From Polyangiaceae bacterium (GTDB lineage: Bacteria > Myxococcota_A > Polyangia > Polyangiales > Polyangiaceae), in contig CBDCTZ010000009.1 of the NCBI GenBank assembly GCA_965222375.1, positions 96,001-160,000 of the forward strand: a stretch of DNA of 64,000 bases, written 5' to 3'. Both the position numbers and the translations under genes were made by a program. Shown here one piece after another: positions 10,901 through 19,811 of this stretch. The notes beneath the pieces were generated by a model. The model was not told the origin of the DNA. It searched no databases and was given only the letters and a program-made list of their open reading frames with translations. Every line of letters starts with the position of its first letter. Positions within the stretch are counted from its first letter, which is position 1.

Positions 10901-13900
10901 ACCAGGCCGAGATAGCCGAGATCTTGGAGCCTCTGTACCAGTCCTCCGCGGAGTGGGAGAAGTTGATTCGCGTGCGTGAAGCACAACTAGCTCACGCGAC
11001 CGAGCCGGAAGAGCGAATCCAGATGTATCACCGGATCGCCGAAGATGCGGAAGAGCGGCTGCTCGATCCCGTCATGGCCTTTGGTGTCTACGGTCGAGCC
11101 ATCCGTGAGCAGCCCCTGGAGGAGCACACCGGGGATCAAATCGAGCGCCTCGCGTCCATGATCGACGGTGGCTGGGAGCAGCTCGCCAATGCCTATGCCG
11201 ACGTGCTGAGCATCGAGGGTCTGGAGGTCAACGTTCAGGCCGTGATCGGCAAGCGCTTGGCACGGGTCTTCGAGGAAGAGCTCGCCGACGTTGCCAAGTC
11301 CGAGGAAACCTATCGCTATGTGCTGACGGTTTCCCCACAGGAGCCCGAGGCGTTGGCGCAGCTCGATCGCATCTACAGCTCGCTGGAGCAGTACCCGGAG
11401 CTGGCGGGCGTGTTGGAGCAACGCGCTGTCGTCGCCGAAGACGAGTTCGATAAGGTCGAGCTGTACACGCGCTTGGGTCGCGTCTACGAGGAGCACCTGG
11501 AGCAGGTGCAGGACGCGATTCGGGCGTATCGGGCGATCTTCGACGAACTGGACCCGGCTAACGAAGATGCCATCTTCGCCTTGGGTCGCGTCTACGAGCA
11601 GACCGAGCAGTGGGCCGAGCTGGACACGGTGTATCGGCGTGAGCTGGACAACGCTGTCGGTGACGTGGCGGAAGCTGAGATCCGCGCCAAGATGGCGCGG
11701 CTGGCCGCGGATCGCCTGGAGAAGACCGACGAAGCCGTTGAAGGTTGGAAGCGCGTGCTCGACTTGCGCGGCGAGGATCCCGAGGCCCTGTGGGCTCTGG
11801 CGGGGCTCTACGAGTCTCAGGGCCAGTGGGCGGAGCTCACCGACGTGCTCGAGCGGCACTTCGACATCGCAGATTCTGACGAGGAGCGGGTCAACATCCT
11901 GACTCGCCGCGCTCGCCTGTTCAAGGAGCAGCTGGGCCGCGACGACGAGGCTCTCGAAACTTGGCAACGAGTGCTGGATATCGACTTTTCCAACGTGTCA
12001 GCGCTGCGGGCCGTCGCCGCGATCTGGCGCGAGCGCAACGATCCGCAGGAACTGGTGGGCGCTCTGCACGCGACCATCGATCGTGCAGCCGCTCTCTTGG
12101 ATCCCGAAGAGGTCGTCGCCATCTACCGCGAACTCGGTCGCACCTACGGGCAGGTGTTGGAGCAGCCCTACGACGCTTCGGAAGCGTGGCGACATCTACT
12201 CGACGTGGACCCCGGCGACTTCGAAGCGATGGAGGAGCTGGAGAACAATTATCGCAGCGAAGACCGCTGGCCCGACGTCGTGGGCGTGAAGATGCAGCGC
12301 GCAGAGGCTCTCGAAGAGCCCGCCGAGAAGATCCGCGAGCTGCTCGAAGTCACGGAAATCTGGAAGAAGGAAGTCAGCGACTACGACCAGGCCACGCCCG
12401 CCCTCGAGCGTGTTCTGGTCATCGAGCCGACCCACCAGGAGGCTTTCGAAGCCCTGGAACGCCTGCACACGGCGGGCGAGCGCTGGGAGCCGTTGATCGA
12501 GCTGTACTTGAACCGCCTGGATACCCGGGAAGAGGTCGAAGAAAAGAGCGAGCTGCTGCGGCGCATTGCCAAGGTCTTCGAAGAGCAGCTGGACGATCCC
12601 AACCAAGCCTTCGACGCTCTGGTCAACGCTTTCAGCGAGGACTTCAGCGACGACGAAACCGTTCGCTACCTCGAGCGCATGGCTCAAGCGACGGGCCGTT
12701 GGGGCGAGTTGATCAATACCGCCAACGCATGGCTTCAAGAGCAAACCGAGTCACGCCAGAAGATCCAGCTGTGTCTGCGGTTGGGCAAGTGGTACGGCGA
12801 AGACCTGGGCCATCCGGAATACGCGCAGCCCTACTACGCACAGATCATGCAGCTGGACCCGAACAACGTTCAGGTCATGCGGCAGATGGCCGCGATTCAT
12901 CGGCTGAGCGGGCAGTGGCAGAAGATGGGCGAGACCCTGACTCGCGCCTTGGATGTGGCGGTCGCCAACGAGGACCGCAAGGACATCTACGTGGACTTGG
13001 GCGAGCTGCTCGAGAAGCACATGGACATGCTCGATTCGGGCATCAATCACTACAAGCAGGCGCTGGGCATCGACCCGCTGCACTTGCCAGCCCTGGAAGC
13101 GCTGGAGCGGATTTACGATCAGCAGTCCAACCACGCCGAGCTGGTGGAGATCTTGAGCAGCAAGGTCAAGGCCCTGGAGGACCCCGACGACATTGCGCAA
13201 CACAAGCTGCGTATGGGTGGTCTGTACGAGACCGCTTTGGGCGACTTCGAGCGCGGGGGCAAGGTGTATCGAGAGGTTCTCGAGCTGGATGGCTCCAATC
13301 TCTTCGCCCTCCGCGGTCTGGAGCGCATCTACAACGCCATCCAGGACTGGCCCGACTTGGTCGACGTGTTCGAGCGCCAGCTTGATGTCGTCGAGACCGA
13401 GCGTGAGCGCGTGGACGTTCTGCTCAAGCTGGCGGACATCCAGGAGGAGCAGTTCCTCAAGGCGGACATTGCGGCTCAGCGCCTCGAGCAAGCCTTGGAA
13501 ATCGACCCGACCTGCGAGCCGGCCTATGTGGCGCTGGAGCGTTGCTACCGGCGACTGAAGCAGTGGCTAGATCTGATCAATACCTACGAGCGGCACATCA
13601 GCGACGCTGCAGATCAGCCCACGAAGGTGGAACTCTACGGGCACATTGCGTTGGTCTACGCCGACGAAGTTGGTGATGTGGACCGAGCCATCGACGCCTA
13701 CCAGAACATCGTCGACCTGGATGAAAACAACATTCCGGCGCTCGAAGCTCTCAGCAAGCTTTACGAGAAGCAGGACGATCCTGCACGTGCCATCGACTCC
13801 ATGACTCGGGTCGCGGACTTGACCACGGACGGTGCTCAGCGCGTCGAGATGTACTACCGAATCGGCAAGTCGCTGGAAGAAAAGCTGGGCGACCGGGGCC

Positions 13901-16341
13901 AGGCGCAAGAGCGCTTCGAAATGGCCCTCGATCTGGATCCCACGCACCTTCCAGCCTTGGCCGCACTACGCACGATCGCCATCGACGAAGGGGACTGGGA
14001 CCGCGCGGCCCGCTACCTCGAACAAGAGCAAACGAACACCCAGGCGCCCCGCGCCAGAGCGAAGCTGCTGGTCGAGTTGGGGCGAGTCCGCGACGAGATG
14101 CTCATGGAGCACGAGCAGGCTGTGCTGGCCTACGAGTTGGCCATGCAGTGCGACGAAGACTGCGAGGAAGCAGCTCTGCCGTTGGTGGAGGAGTACAGCC
14201 GCACCGATCGCTGGCCGGAAGCAGAGCCCCTCGCGGAGATGCTCGTTCGCAAGAGCAAGAACAAGGATCGCCACGAACAGCATGTGCTCAACAAGCTGCT
14301 GGGCAAGGTGCACGCAGCCTTGGGCAACGACGACAAGGCGCTCAAGGCCTACCAGGTTGCCAACCAGCTGGACCTAACCGACCAGGAGACGATCCGCGGG
14401 ATTGCCGACGTCGCGTTCAAGCTACAGGACTGGCCCAGCGCGCTGACGAACTATCAGAAAGTTCTCACTTCCCTCGGTGAAGAGGACGTTGATGAGCGTA
14501 CGGACGTTTACTACCGCTTGGGCTGCATCAAGCGCGAGCAGGGGCAGGCCAAGCAGGCCATCAACAACTTCGAGAAGGCCCTGGCCCTCAACACGGAGCA
14601 CCGCCCCACTCTGGAAGCGCTGATCGGCATCTACGAGCAGAGCAACGATTGGAAACAAGTCGCTGCCTACAAGCGTCAGATCCTCGACGCGGTGCTCGAC
14701 GGCGACGAGCGCTACGCGCTGCTCAACGAGATCGGCGACCTGTGGTCCGAAAAGGAAAAGAACCCCCAGAAGGCCATCGAGGCACTGGAAGAAGCTCAGG
14801 ACCTGAAACCCCAGGACCATGTTCTGCTGCACAAGCTGCTGCAGCTGTATCAGGCTGCTCAAGAATGGCACAAACTCGTCGACACCCTGCAAGCGATCGC
14901 GGATATCGAGGAGAAGCCGACGAATCGGGCGCGGTACTTCAACACCATGGGTCAGATCTACCGCGACGCGTTGGAAGACGTAGATCGCGCGGTCGAGCTA
15001 TTCAACGAGGCCCTGGATCTCGATCCCAACTTCTTGCAGGCCTTCGAGCGCATCAACAAGGTCCTGACCAAGCAGAAGAATTGGAAGCAGCTCGAGCGTT
15101 CCTACCGCAAGATGCTTCACCGCATCGCGGGTAAGGGCAACAACGACTTGGAACACACCCTGTGGCACCAGCTCGGTCTGATCTATCGCGATCGCTTGGA
15201 ACAAACTGACGAGGCTATCGAGGCCTTCAAGATGGCGGCGTCGGTCAAACCCGGGGAGATGATCGAGCATCAGATCCTGGGCGAACTCTACGAGTCCCTG
15301 GAGCGTTTCGACGAGGCCGTCGCGACCCAGCGCATCTTGCTGGAAAACGATCCGATGCGCCTGGAGCCATACCGATCCCTATACCGGCTGCACTTGCAGA
15401 AGCACGCCTACGACGAGGCTTGGTGCTTTGCGGCGGCGATGGCCTTTCTAAAGAAGGCGGATGCTGACGAGCAGCAGTTCTTCGAGGACTATCGACCCCA
15501 GGGCATGTTGCAGGTGAAGGGTCGCCTCACCAACGACATGTGGGTGAAGCAGCTCTTTCACGCGAATGAAGATCTTTATGTGTCGAAGATCATGGAGTTT
15601 ATTGCCCCGGCGGCGCTGAAGGCCAAGATCGCGCAGCTCAAGAGCCAGAACAAGCTTCCCGTGCTCGACGCTCGCTTCAAGCAAGATCCCGCGACTTCTA
15701 CCGTGACCTTCGCCAAGACCTTCGGCTGGGCCGCGCAGGTGTTGGGGATTCCGTCACCGGCATTGTATGTGCGCAACGACGTTCCTGGTTCCATCCTGCC
15801 GGTCCCTGCGCTGCCGCCGGCATCCGTCGCGGGTCAGACTGTACTCACCGGCTTCCAACCCCAGGAGCTGACCTTCATCTGCGGCAAGCACCTGTCGCAC
15901 TACCGTGGCGAGCACTACATCCGCACGTTGTTCCCAACCCAGGCGGAATTGACCATCATGCTCTTCGCGGGCGTGATGCTGGCGTCGCCCAACACGCCGC
16001 TGCCCGCTGACATTCAGAACCAGGTTCGAGCGACAGCGCAGGAGCTGGCCAAGCACATGGAGCCTGTCCAGTTGGCGGGATTGCGCCAGGTCGTGAAGCG
16101 GTTCATCGACGAAGGCGCGAAGGCCAACATCAAGCGCTGGAACCAAGCCGTCGAGGTGACGAACTGCCGAGCTGGCCTCCTGGTCTGCGGAGATTTGGAG
16201 ATTGCCAAGAAAGTCATCGGCAGCGAGGCCCAGCTTCCGGGAGATCTGAGCCCGGCGGAAAAGATGAAGGAGCTGCTGGTGTTCAGCGTGAGCGAGCACT
16301 ACGCGCAGCTGCGCAAGACCCTCGGCATCGCCGTCGGTTGA
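4993..16341 (+). CDS. gltI: Giant TPR scaffold protein, gliding motility protein GltI/AgmK-like (3782 aa)
   Basis: Dozens of TPR units (AIEAYREVL..DP..ALxALERLY) with clean GC3-rich codon use; size and position in a glt cluster match AgmK. Confidence 0.75.
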   Translation: MDLEQRMNQLERHHDWAGLVEVLEQAIVGTDDASEKADLHLRLGRLLHSQFLHGVKALKHFQDAYKLNPARVEALAEARLIYWELGKLNMVQKLLELQLKNVDDPSLVAQLYRELGDVHCDQEDYERAADAYAHAMQSADGEADVVGQLLEDVMAGTEDWQERVGELLRGAHQIDDVAVKAQTFVRAARIARRYAPSEMEGILAQAYTADPGSLAAATLYEGMLVETDRTDAILELQNSVLESVADAGARADVAFRFGVRWALRHQNADVSASMFEAALRLNPGHEPAFNCLKEVWGARDGNWARVVEFAQNLSASSDGASKAFLLAQAGLLTWREMGDLIRARVHFEALSSVDPEHPALLAYEAQIGESLSGAAPAPEAQPEAEIAAAAPAPEAAPEPAAEPAPEPEATPEPAAEPAPEPEAAAAPPEEEPAAELSAPPPPVDEGKIAELRQHLAEQEGAKRFHEYVKTLVELAHEVPDPAEKVELYLKAADLYVNKFVNQAEAVRTYEAVLAVDPENTQAIDYLRQMYEKRRDWEKLIALNTREAERLEAGPTRVQAYKEIAMLATERIKKPDVCIGLWDVVLRNDPDDLDALAALAQMYERARDYEKLADVLEKQADITLETPAKVQILTKLGQVTGDRLKDDARAAEAYRLLLTLQPDDRRAQEQLKKRYVALGRWDDLEVFYAENGKWDEFIRVLESNESRAGSDEQRIAMLMKIAELWMTQKGKPDRSARAYEKILGIDNGNLAAAEHLIPIYQDANNPKGLSGAIEVKLGHVQDHVERLELLREVAALYEGRINDKAKAFERYLGAFEIAPTDEQSQTDLERAAQLTGGWDQVVEAYRAACASAESEGDSMTSNGLRLRLGRVLVEEVSRVDEALTEYRAVYEAEPDNVVALEALERLYRETERWRDLLEVYSKKRDLTGDFEERKQILYEIARLYEQQLEAPADAIETYQAVLEDDPVDGVALEALDRLYAETQSWEQFVDVLRRRIELDVPGEQLIDLKFRLAESLRLHLNDHAAALNNYREILFIDQEHEGSRQALEGMLQHPELSAEAASILETIYELREDWEKLVGALEILAASSDERERKVELLRKISYVSANQLGSLERAIDAQARAIKEDPSLADSRLELEQLAEQAGAWDQLIAIYADVAGGLDDPSLSREYWMRLASIQERLEKVEDAATSYDKVLELDPSDGEALLAMDSLYRRTEHWEDLVGVYRRRIELTIDGQEREAQYAQMAQVFEEKLGRPDDAIAAYREVLALDPASQLALGALDGLFTRQSQWSELAENLEVQLTLAESEGEQLQLMLRLASLRETQMGQLEAAIEGYRQVLDRDPTNDAALGALERLGQDPTNELVIAEILEPLYRNQGDFQKLIGVHEVQVRRAEDQHRKVELLHQVAELHEDAGGDVNAGFDTLARALAVDPANEGTQSGLDRLARATGRFQDLATVYTDLASQQEDAELGSSLYTFAARVYEHDVGEVDKAIELYRQVLTIDPMNLGAAEALQALFQSTERYADMSLILQRKATILDDIDEQKAALFQAAALEEEVLERRENSIGVYMKVLELDPEDLRAIDALINLYLSLSRWEELLGVYSKKADLVFDTEEKKLIFYQVGAVHERELQDVARAIDTYQRVLELDPDDLTALGRLDVLYQTAENWQELLSILTHEAELTPDPAEAVSFQYRIAELYEKHLGDVERAVELYRDILGILPDHQPTLAALEGIKNGELAPLAAANVLEPVYDAMGEWARLISVLEVMVRFADDPFTQVDLLHRIARLYEENLQDHANAFETFARAVSFDSQNEESLGSLERLAMMIERWPNVAALYDQELGKLDEEPDRLVELGLRVAQVYEVQLEDVDNAVQRYRRVLEADPENQNAVQALDRLFVQTERWAELAEVLRREAEIGESPEEILEFKYRLGQVNQLQLGDLPQAIEAYREVLSAAPEHFETLQALEGLFEAGTNQAEIAEILEPLYQSSAEWEKLIRVREAQLAHATEPEERIQMYHRIAEDAEERLLDPVMAFGVYGRAIREQPLEEHTGDQIERLASMIDGGWEQLANAYADVLSIEGLEVNVQAVIGKRLARVFEEELADVAKSEETYRYVLTVSPQEPEALAQLDRIYSSLEQYPELAGVLEQRAVVAEDEFDKVELYTRLGRVYEEHLEQVQDAIRAYRAIFDELDPANEDAIFALGRVYEQTEQWAELDTVYRRELDNAVGDVAEAEIRAKMARLAADRLEKTDEAVEGWKRVLDLRGEDPEALWALAGLYESQGQWAELTDVLERHFDIADSDEERVNILTRRARLFKEQLGRDDEALETWQRVLDIDFSNVSALRAVAAIWRERNDPQELVGALHATIDRAAALLDPEEVVAIYRELGRTYGQVLEQPYDASEAWRHLLDVDPGDFEAMEELENNYRSEDRWPDVVGVKMQRAEALEEPAEKIRELLEVTEIWKKEVSDYDQATPALERVLVIEPTHQEAFEALERLHTAGERWEPLIELYLNRLDTREEVEEKSELLRRIAKVFEEQLDDPNQAFDALVNAFSEDFSDDETVRYLERMAQATGRWGELINTANAWLQEQTESRQKIQLCLRLGKWYGEDLGHPEYAQPYYAQIMQLDPNNVQVMRQMAAIHRLSGQWQKMGETLTRALDVAVANEDRKDIYVDLGELLEKHMDMLDSGINHYKQALGIDPLHLPALEALERIYDQQSNHAELVEILSSKVKALEDPDDIAQHKLRMGGLYETALGDFERGGKVYREVLELDGSNLFALRGLERIYNAIQDWPDLVDVFERQLDVVETERERVDVLLKLADIQEEQFLKADIAAQRLEQALEIDPTCEPAYVALERCYRRLKQWLDLINTYERHISDAADQPTKVELYGHIALVYADEVGDVDRAIDAYQNIVDLDENNIPALEALSKLYEKQDDPARAIDSMTRVADLTTDGAQRVEMYYRIGKSLEEKLGDRGQAQERFEMALDLDPTHLPALAALRTIAIDEGDWDRAARYLEQEQTNTQAPRARAKLLVELGRVRDEMLMEHEQAVLAYELAMQCDEDCEEAALPLVEEYSRTDRWPEAEPLAEMLVRKSKNKDRHEQHVLNKLLGKVHAALGNDDKALKAYQVANQLDLTDQETIRGIADVAFKLQDWPSALTNYQKVLTSLGEEDVDERTDVYYRLGCIKREQGQAKQAINNFEKALALNTEHRPTLEALIGIYEQSNDWKQVAAYKRQILDAVLDGDERYALLNEIGDLWSEKEKNPQKAIEALEEAQDLKPQDHVLLHKLLQLYQAAQEWHKLVDTLQAIADIEEKPTNRARYFNTMGQIYRDALEDVDRAVELFNEALDLDPNFLQAFERINKVLTKQKNWKQLERSYRKMLHRIAGKGNNDLEHTLWHQLGLIYRDRLEQTDEAIEAFKMAASVKPGEMIEHQILGELYESLERFDEAVATQRILLENDPMRLEPYRSLYRLHLQKHAYDEAWCFAAAMAFLKKADADEQQFFEDYRPQGMLQVKGRLTNDMWVKQLFHANEDLYVSKIMEFIAPAALKAKIAQLKSQNKLPVLDARFKQDPATSTVTFAKTFGWAAQVLGIPSPALYVRNDVPGSILPVPALPPASVAGQTVLTGFQPQELTFICGKHLSHYRGEHYIRTLFPTQAELTIMLFAGVMLASPNTPLPADIQNQVRATAQELAKHMEPVQLAGLRQVVKRFIDEGAKANIKRWNQAVEVTNCRAGLLVCGDLEIAKKVIGSEAQLPGDLSPAEKMKELLVFSVSEHYAQLRKTLGIAVG
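6180..6262 (+). repeat. 42-nt coding tandem repeat (PEPAAEPAPEPEA) in a gltI linker
   Basis: gcctgaacctgcggccgagcccgc(g/a)ccggagcc occurs twice, 42 nt apart. Confidence 0.8.
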
Positions 16342-16373
16342 GCCGAGTGCGGGGGCCGAGGCGGCTCGGCTCA
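16339..16373. terminator. Inverted repeat between convergent genes
   Basis: TGAGCCGAG...CTCGGCTCA, perfect 9-bp arms starting at the gltI stop codon. Confidence 0.5.
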
Positions 16374-16377
16374 GCCC

Positions 16378-17190
16378 TCACTTTCCAGGCAGGTCAAAGA
16401 CGACCCGGGCGCCGACGGAGAATTGCCAGTGGTTGGCGGATTCGTCCAGAGCCCCGGGGCTTTTGGAGGTGTAGCGGCCCAGGTCCAGCTCGACGAAAGG
16501 GCCAAAGCCGAGCTTGTCAAAGGCGTACCAATCGCCACCAACTTGCAGCCGCAGCCACTCGATGCCGGCGTAGTCGGTTTTGCCGGCGTTGGGGGTGTCC
16601 ACGGTCGTGAGTCGGTAACCGAGCCCCGCGGACATCCACGGATCGAAGCGCAGCCCTTGGGCCAGGTGATAGCGGATGAAGCCGCCGAAAGCGTAGCTCG
16701 TGGTTTTGCAGTGGCGGCATTTGTCGCCTTCGCCCAGAAACGCGGCTTGGCCCCAGACCCCGAGGGCCACGGCGCGGCTGATACCGTAGCCGGCGTCGAA
16801 GGAAAGCCCGGGGCCGCTGCCCATGACGTCGCCTTGGGGCAGGCCATCTTCCACGTTGGCGAAGGGGATCACCCACGTTGCGCCCGCGCCGAGGGTGAGG
16901 TGGCCGCCGACGGCGTCGAGAGCGGGTGGGATGAGCGGGGGTTCCGGCTCTTCATCGTCGTCATCAGGCACGGGCCCGGGACCTGCGGTCGAGGGATCCG
17001 GTGGACCAGGCGGGGCGGGATCCCCGCCCGCGGCGGCAGCGGCGCCGGCACCCGCGCTAGCAGGCGCAGGCCCCGGTGGGCCTGCCGGGGCGGCGCCGGG
17101 AGGCGTGTCGTCCCCCGCGGCAAACAGGGGCGCGGGACTCGTCACCCATAGGCCGACGGTCAGAGAGCCTATCCAGCGAAGCCAAGCCAT
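16378..17190 (-). CDS. Secreted outer-membrane beta-barrel-like protein
   Basis: Signal peptide, Pro-rich linker, then alternating aromatic/Gly beta-strands (FDAGYGI, GGFIRYHL, FSVGARVVF). Confidence 0.65.
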   Translation of the reverse strand: MAWLRWIGSLTVGLWVTSPAPLFAAGDDTPPGAAPAGPPGPAPASAGAGAAAAAGGDPAPPGPPDPSTAGPGPVPDDDDEEPEPPLIPPALDAVGGHLTLGAGATWVIPFANVEDGLPQGDVMGSGPGLSFDAGYGISRAVALGVWGQAAFLGEGDKCRHCKTTSYAFGGFIRYHLAQGLRFDPWMSAGLGYRLTTVDTPNAGKTDYAGIEWLRLQVGGDWYAFDKLGFGPFVELDLGRYTSKSPGALDESANHWQFSVGARVVFDLPGK

Positions 17191-17279
17191 CCGCGCCTGC
17201 TTACCACGTGGTGGGCGCGCCAGGGCACTCTTTCAACCCGCAAGCAACCGGAGCCCGGCTTGGCCGAAGGGTGGGGGAG

Positions 17280-18629
17280 ATGCAGAATTCCCCGGATAGC
17301 CAACTGCCCCATTGGGACCCTGAAGAGACTGAAGAACTAGCCCTACCCCTGTGTGACGGGCCCTTTCGGGTCGAGGCGGGGGGCGGTCGGGAGACCGTGT
17401 CCTGCGAGCTCTCTGGCCGGACTGCGATCGCTCTCGGTAGCGGCCCCGACGCAGACCTTCGGATCCGGGAGCGCGGCGTCAGCGCTCGCCATTGCCTGCT
17501 CCAGGTGGCAGATGGCGCGTTGCAGCTGAAAGATCTCGGGTCCAAGAACGGTGTGTTCGTTGGCGGCGCGCGGGTCAGTGGCGCCGTGTTCCCAGGCGTG
17601 GGTGGCAGCTTCGTCGTCGGCGGCGCGAGCGTTTCCGTGTACCCGGCCGGAGTCGAGATCGAAGCTGAAGCGGCTCCCGTTGCTGGCCTGGTGGGGCGCT
17701 CGGCTTCGATGCGCCAGGTAGCCCAGCTGGTGCACCGCTACGCGCGCTTGAAGATGCCCGTGTTGATCCAGGGCGAGTCGGGTACGGGCAAGGATGTCGT
17801 GGCGCGCGCGATGCACGATCTGTCCAAACGGCGCGGTGAGTATGTGGCGGTCAACGTGGGGGCCATTGCGGAGTCGCTTGCAGACGCGGAGCTGTTTGGT
17901 CACCGGCGGGGCGCTTTCACTGGCGCCGTGGAAAGCCGCGAGGGTGCCTTCGAGCAAGCTCACCGCGGCACGCTCTTTCTCGACGAGGTTGCGGAGCTGT
18001 CCCCGAGCATGCAGGTCAAGTTGCTCCGAGTCGTGGAAGATGGCGTGGTGCGTCCAGTGGGCGGCAAACCCGTCGTCGTCCAAGCCCGCATCATGAGCGC
18101 CTCTTGGGCCAAACTGCGCGAAAGAGTTGCGGGTGGAAACTTCCGCGCAGATCTTTTTCACCGTCTGTCCACTCTGATCATCGAGCTACCGCCGCTCCGG
18201 CGTCGCAAATCCGACATTCCGGAGCTGGCGCGCACCTTGCTCCGCAGGTTCGAATCGGAACTTGGCGATAGACGGCTGAGCAGCGCCGCTCTCGGTCGAC
18301 TCGTGGCCCACGACTGGCCCGGCAATGTCCGTGAGCTATCCAGCGTCCTGTATCGCGCTGCCGTTGCGGTTCCCGGCGCCGTGATCGACGAACTCGCCCT
18401 AGAAGAATCCCTGCCCAGCCTGGCAGTGGCGGCACCGCGCCCGCTTCGAGGACAACAGGCCGCGCTCTTGCTCAAACGCTGTGGCGGCAACGTTTCCCAG
18501 GCCGCCCGAGTCGCGCGGGTGCCCCGCTCGACTTTCCGCTCTTGGCTGTCTCAGGCGAATTCGGAGCCCGGCGCGGGACCCGATTCGGCGGGAGATTCCG
18601 ACGACGGCGCGACTACAGCTGACCCATGA
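17280..18629 (+). CDS. FHA-domain sigma54-dependent transcriptional activator
   Basis: FHA (VSARHC, DLGSKNGV), Walker A GESGTGKD, GAFTGA, FLDEV, WPGNVREL, Fis-type HTH (GGNVSQAAR). Confidence 0.9.
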   Translation: MQNSPDSQLPHWDPEETEELALPLCDGPFRVEAGGGRETVSCELSGRTAIALGSGPDADLRIRERGVSARHCLLQVADGALQLKDLGSKNGVFVGGARVSGAVFPGVGGSFVVGGASVSVYPAGVEIEAEAAPVAGLVGRSASMRQVAQLVHRYARLKMPVLIQGESGTGKDVVARAMHDLSKRRGEYVAVNVGAIAESLADAELFGHRRGAFTGAVESREGAFEQAHRGTLFLDEVAELSPSMQVKLLRVVEDGVVRPVGGKPVVVQARIMSASWAKLRERVAGGNFRADLFHRLSTLIIELPPLRRRKSDIPELARTLLRRFESELGDRRLSSAALGRLVAHDWPGNVRELSSVLYRAAVAVPGAVIDELALEESLPSLAVAAPRPLRGQQAALLLKRCGGNVSQAARVARVPRSTFRSWLSQANSEPGAGPDSAGDSDDGATTADP

Positions 18630-19788
18630 CGCCGAGGCCGCCGAAGCTGGGCGCTACCATGGGCACTACGGCAATGCTCCGCTTGGGCGCGGCCTTGCCG
18701 GTCGCCGCCTTGGGCTTCTTCTTGGAATCCAAGAAGTAGTAGGCGACGGTTCCGCCCGCAGCCAGGCCAGCCACAACGAAGCTCACCGTCGACAGGGTCT
18801 TCTGGCTGTCTCCGCTGTCGACGCGGTCTTGGAACTTCTGGCAGGCGTCGCCGTACCTCAACGCGTTTTGCGGATTGCAGGGGCCAGACACGTTGTTGGC
18901 TTGCGCGTCGGTAACGATCTGATTTCGCAAGCTATCTGCGGAGTCGTAGTTCGAGCTGGAGGACACTGCGAAGGCGATGCCGCCCACGAGGCCGAGACCC
19001 GTGACGCCCGCGCCCACCCAGGCCACGGGCGTTTCCCCGAACCACGAGAAGAAGGCCTGTCGCTCGTCGCCGCTATCGAAACCGATCGAGCCCGACGCGC
19101 CGCTGCCGCCTCCGGGTGGACCACCCGGCCCCGATCCTGGCCCCGGTCCGGCTCCAGGGTCGGGGCCAGGATCGGGGCCGGCAGGCCCGACTGGGACAGC
19201 GCCAGCGCCGCTCGGGGACGAGAATGTCAGGCTGGCCTTGCCGTTTTGGCCGGCGGTTGCCGTTACACTCAGGGTCGCCGTCTTGCCGTCCTTGCGCGCT
19301 TCGAGGCTGTGGTTGCCGGGAGCCAGGTAGATCGGGCCAGGCAGTGGGGAACGGCCTTCGAACTTGCCGTCCACATGAACTTCTGCGCCCGCGACCTCGA
19401 CGGTGACCGCGAACTCGGCGACCTTCACCTTGGCCGCTCTCAGTCCCTTCTCGGCTTCGGCGCGCTCGGTGGCAGAGCCGCTGGCTTCACGAAGATAGCG
19501 GGCAAAGTGGGTTGCAGCATCTGCCTCGTGTCCGGAGCGGAGTTCGCTCTGCGCCAAGTTCAACAACACGGCCGGGTGCTTCTTGAGGGCGTAGGCCTGC
19601 AGAAACGCGGCCCGAGCTTTCTCGTACTGCTTCTGATCGTAGTACTTCACGCCCTCTTGGAAGCGCTCCCGCGCCATTTGCGTCGCCACGTCGTCCTGAG
19701 CGATCGCCTTGGAGGTGATGGTGTTCGCGCCCGCCACCGCTGCGGCGATGACCAACGCACGAGCCAGAAGGCGGGTCGTTTTCTTCAT
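18613..19788 (-). CDS. Secreted TPR + PEGA domain protein
   Basis: Signal peptide, TPR (ARERFQEGVKYY..LLNLAQSE), PEGA (GAEVHVDG..LAPGNHSLEARKDG), C-terminal hydrophobic segments. Confidence 0.8.
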   Translation of the reverse strand: MKKTTRLLARALVIAAAVAGANTITSKAIAQDDVATQMARERFQEGVKYYDQKQYEKARAAFLQAYALKKHPAVLLNLAQSELRSGHEADAATHFARYLREASGSATERAEAEKGLRAAKVKVAEFAVTVEVAGAEVHVDGKFEGRSPLPGPIYLAPGNHSLEARKDGKTATLSVTATAGQNGKASLTFSSPSGAGAVPVGPAGPDPGPDPGAGPGPGSGPGGPPGGGSGASGSIGFDSGDERQAFFSWFGETPVAWVGAGVTGLGLVGGIAFAVSSSSNYDSADSLRNQIVTDAQANNVSGPCNPQNALRYGDACQKFQDRVDSGDSQKTLSTVSFVVAGLAAGGTVAYYFLDSKKKPKAATGKAAPKRSIAVVPMVAPSFGGLGVMGQL

Positions 19789-19811
19789 GTCTTTCCCAAA
19801 AAAGAAGAGCT

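Noticed and set aside
5288..16299. Numerous antisense and alternate-frame ORFs within gltI and other genes
   Set aside because: Shadow ORFs expected in high-GC DNA; Arg/Pro-rich and without motifs.
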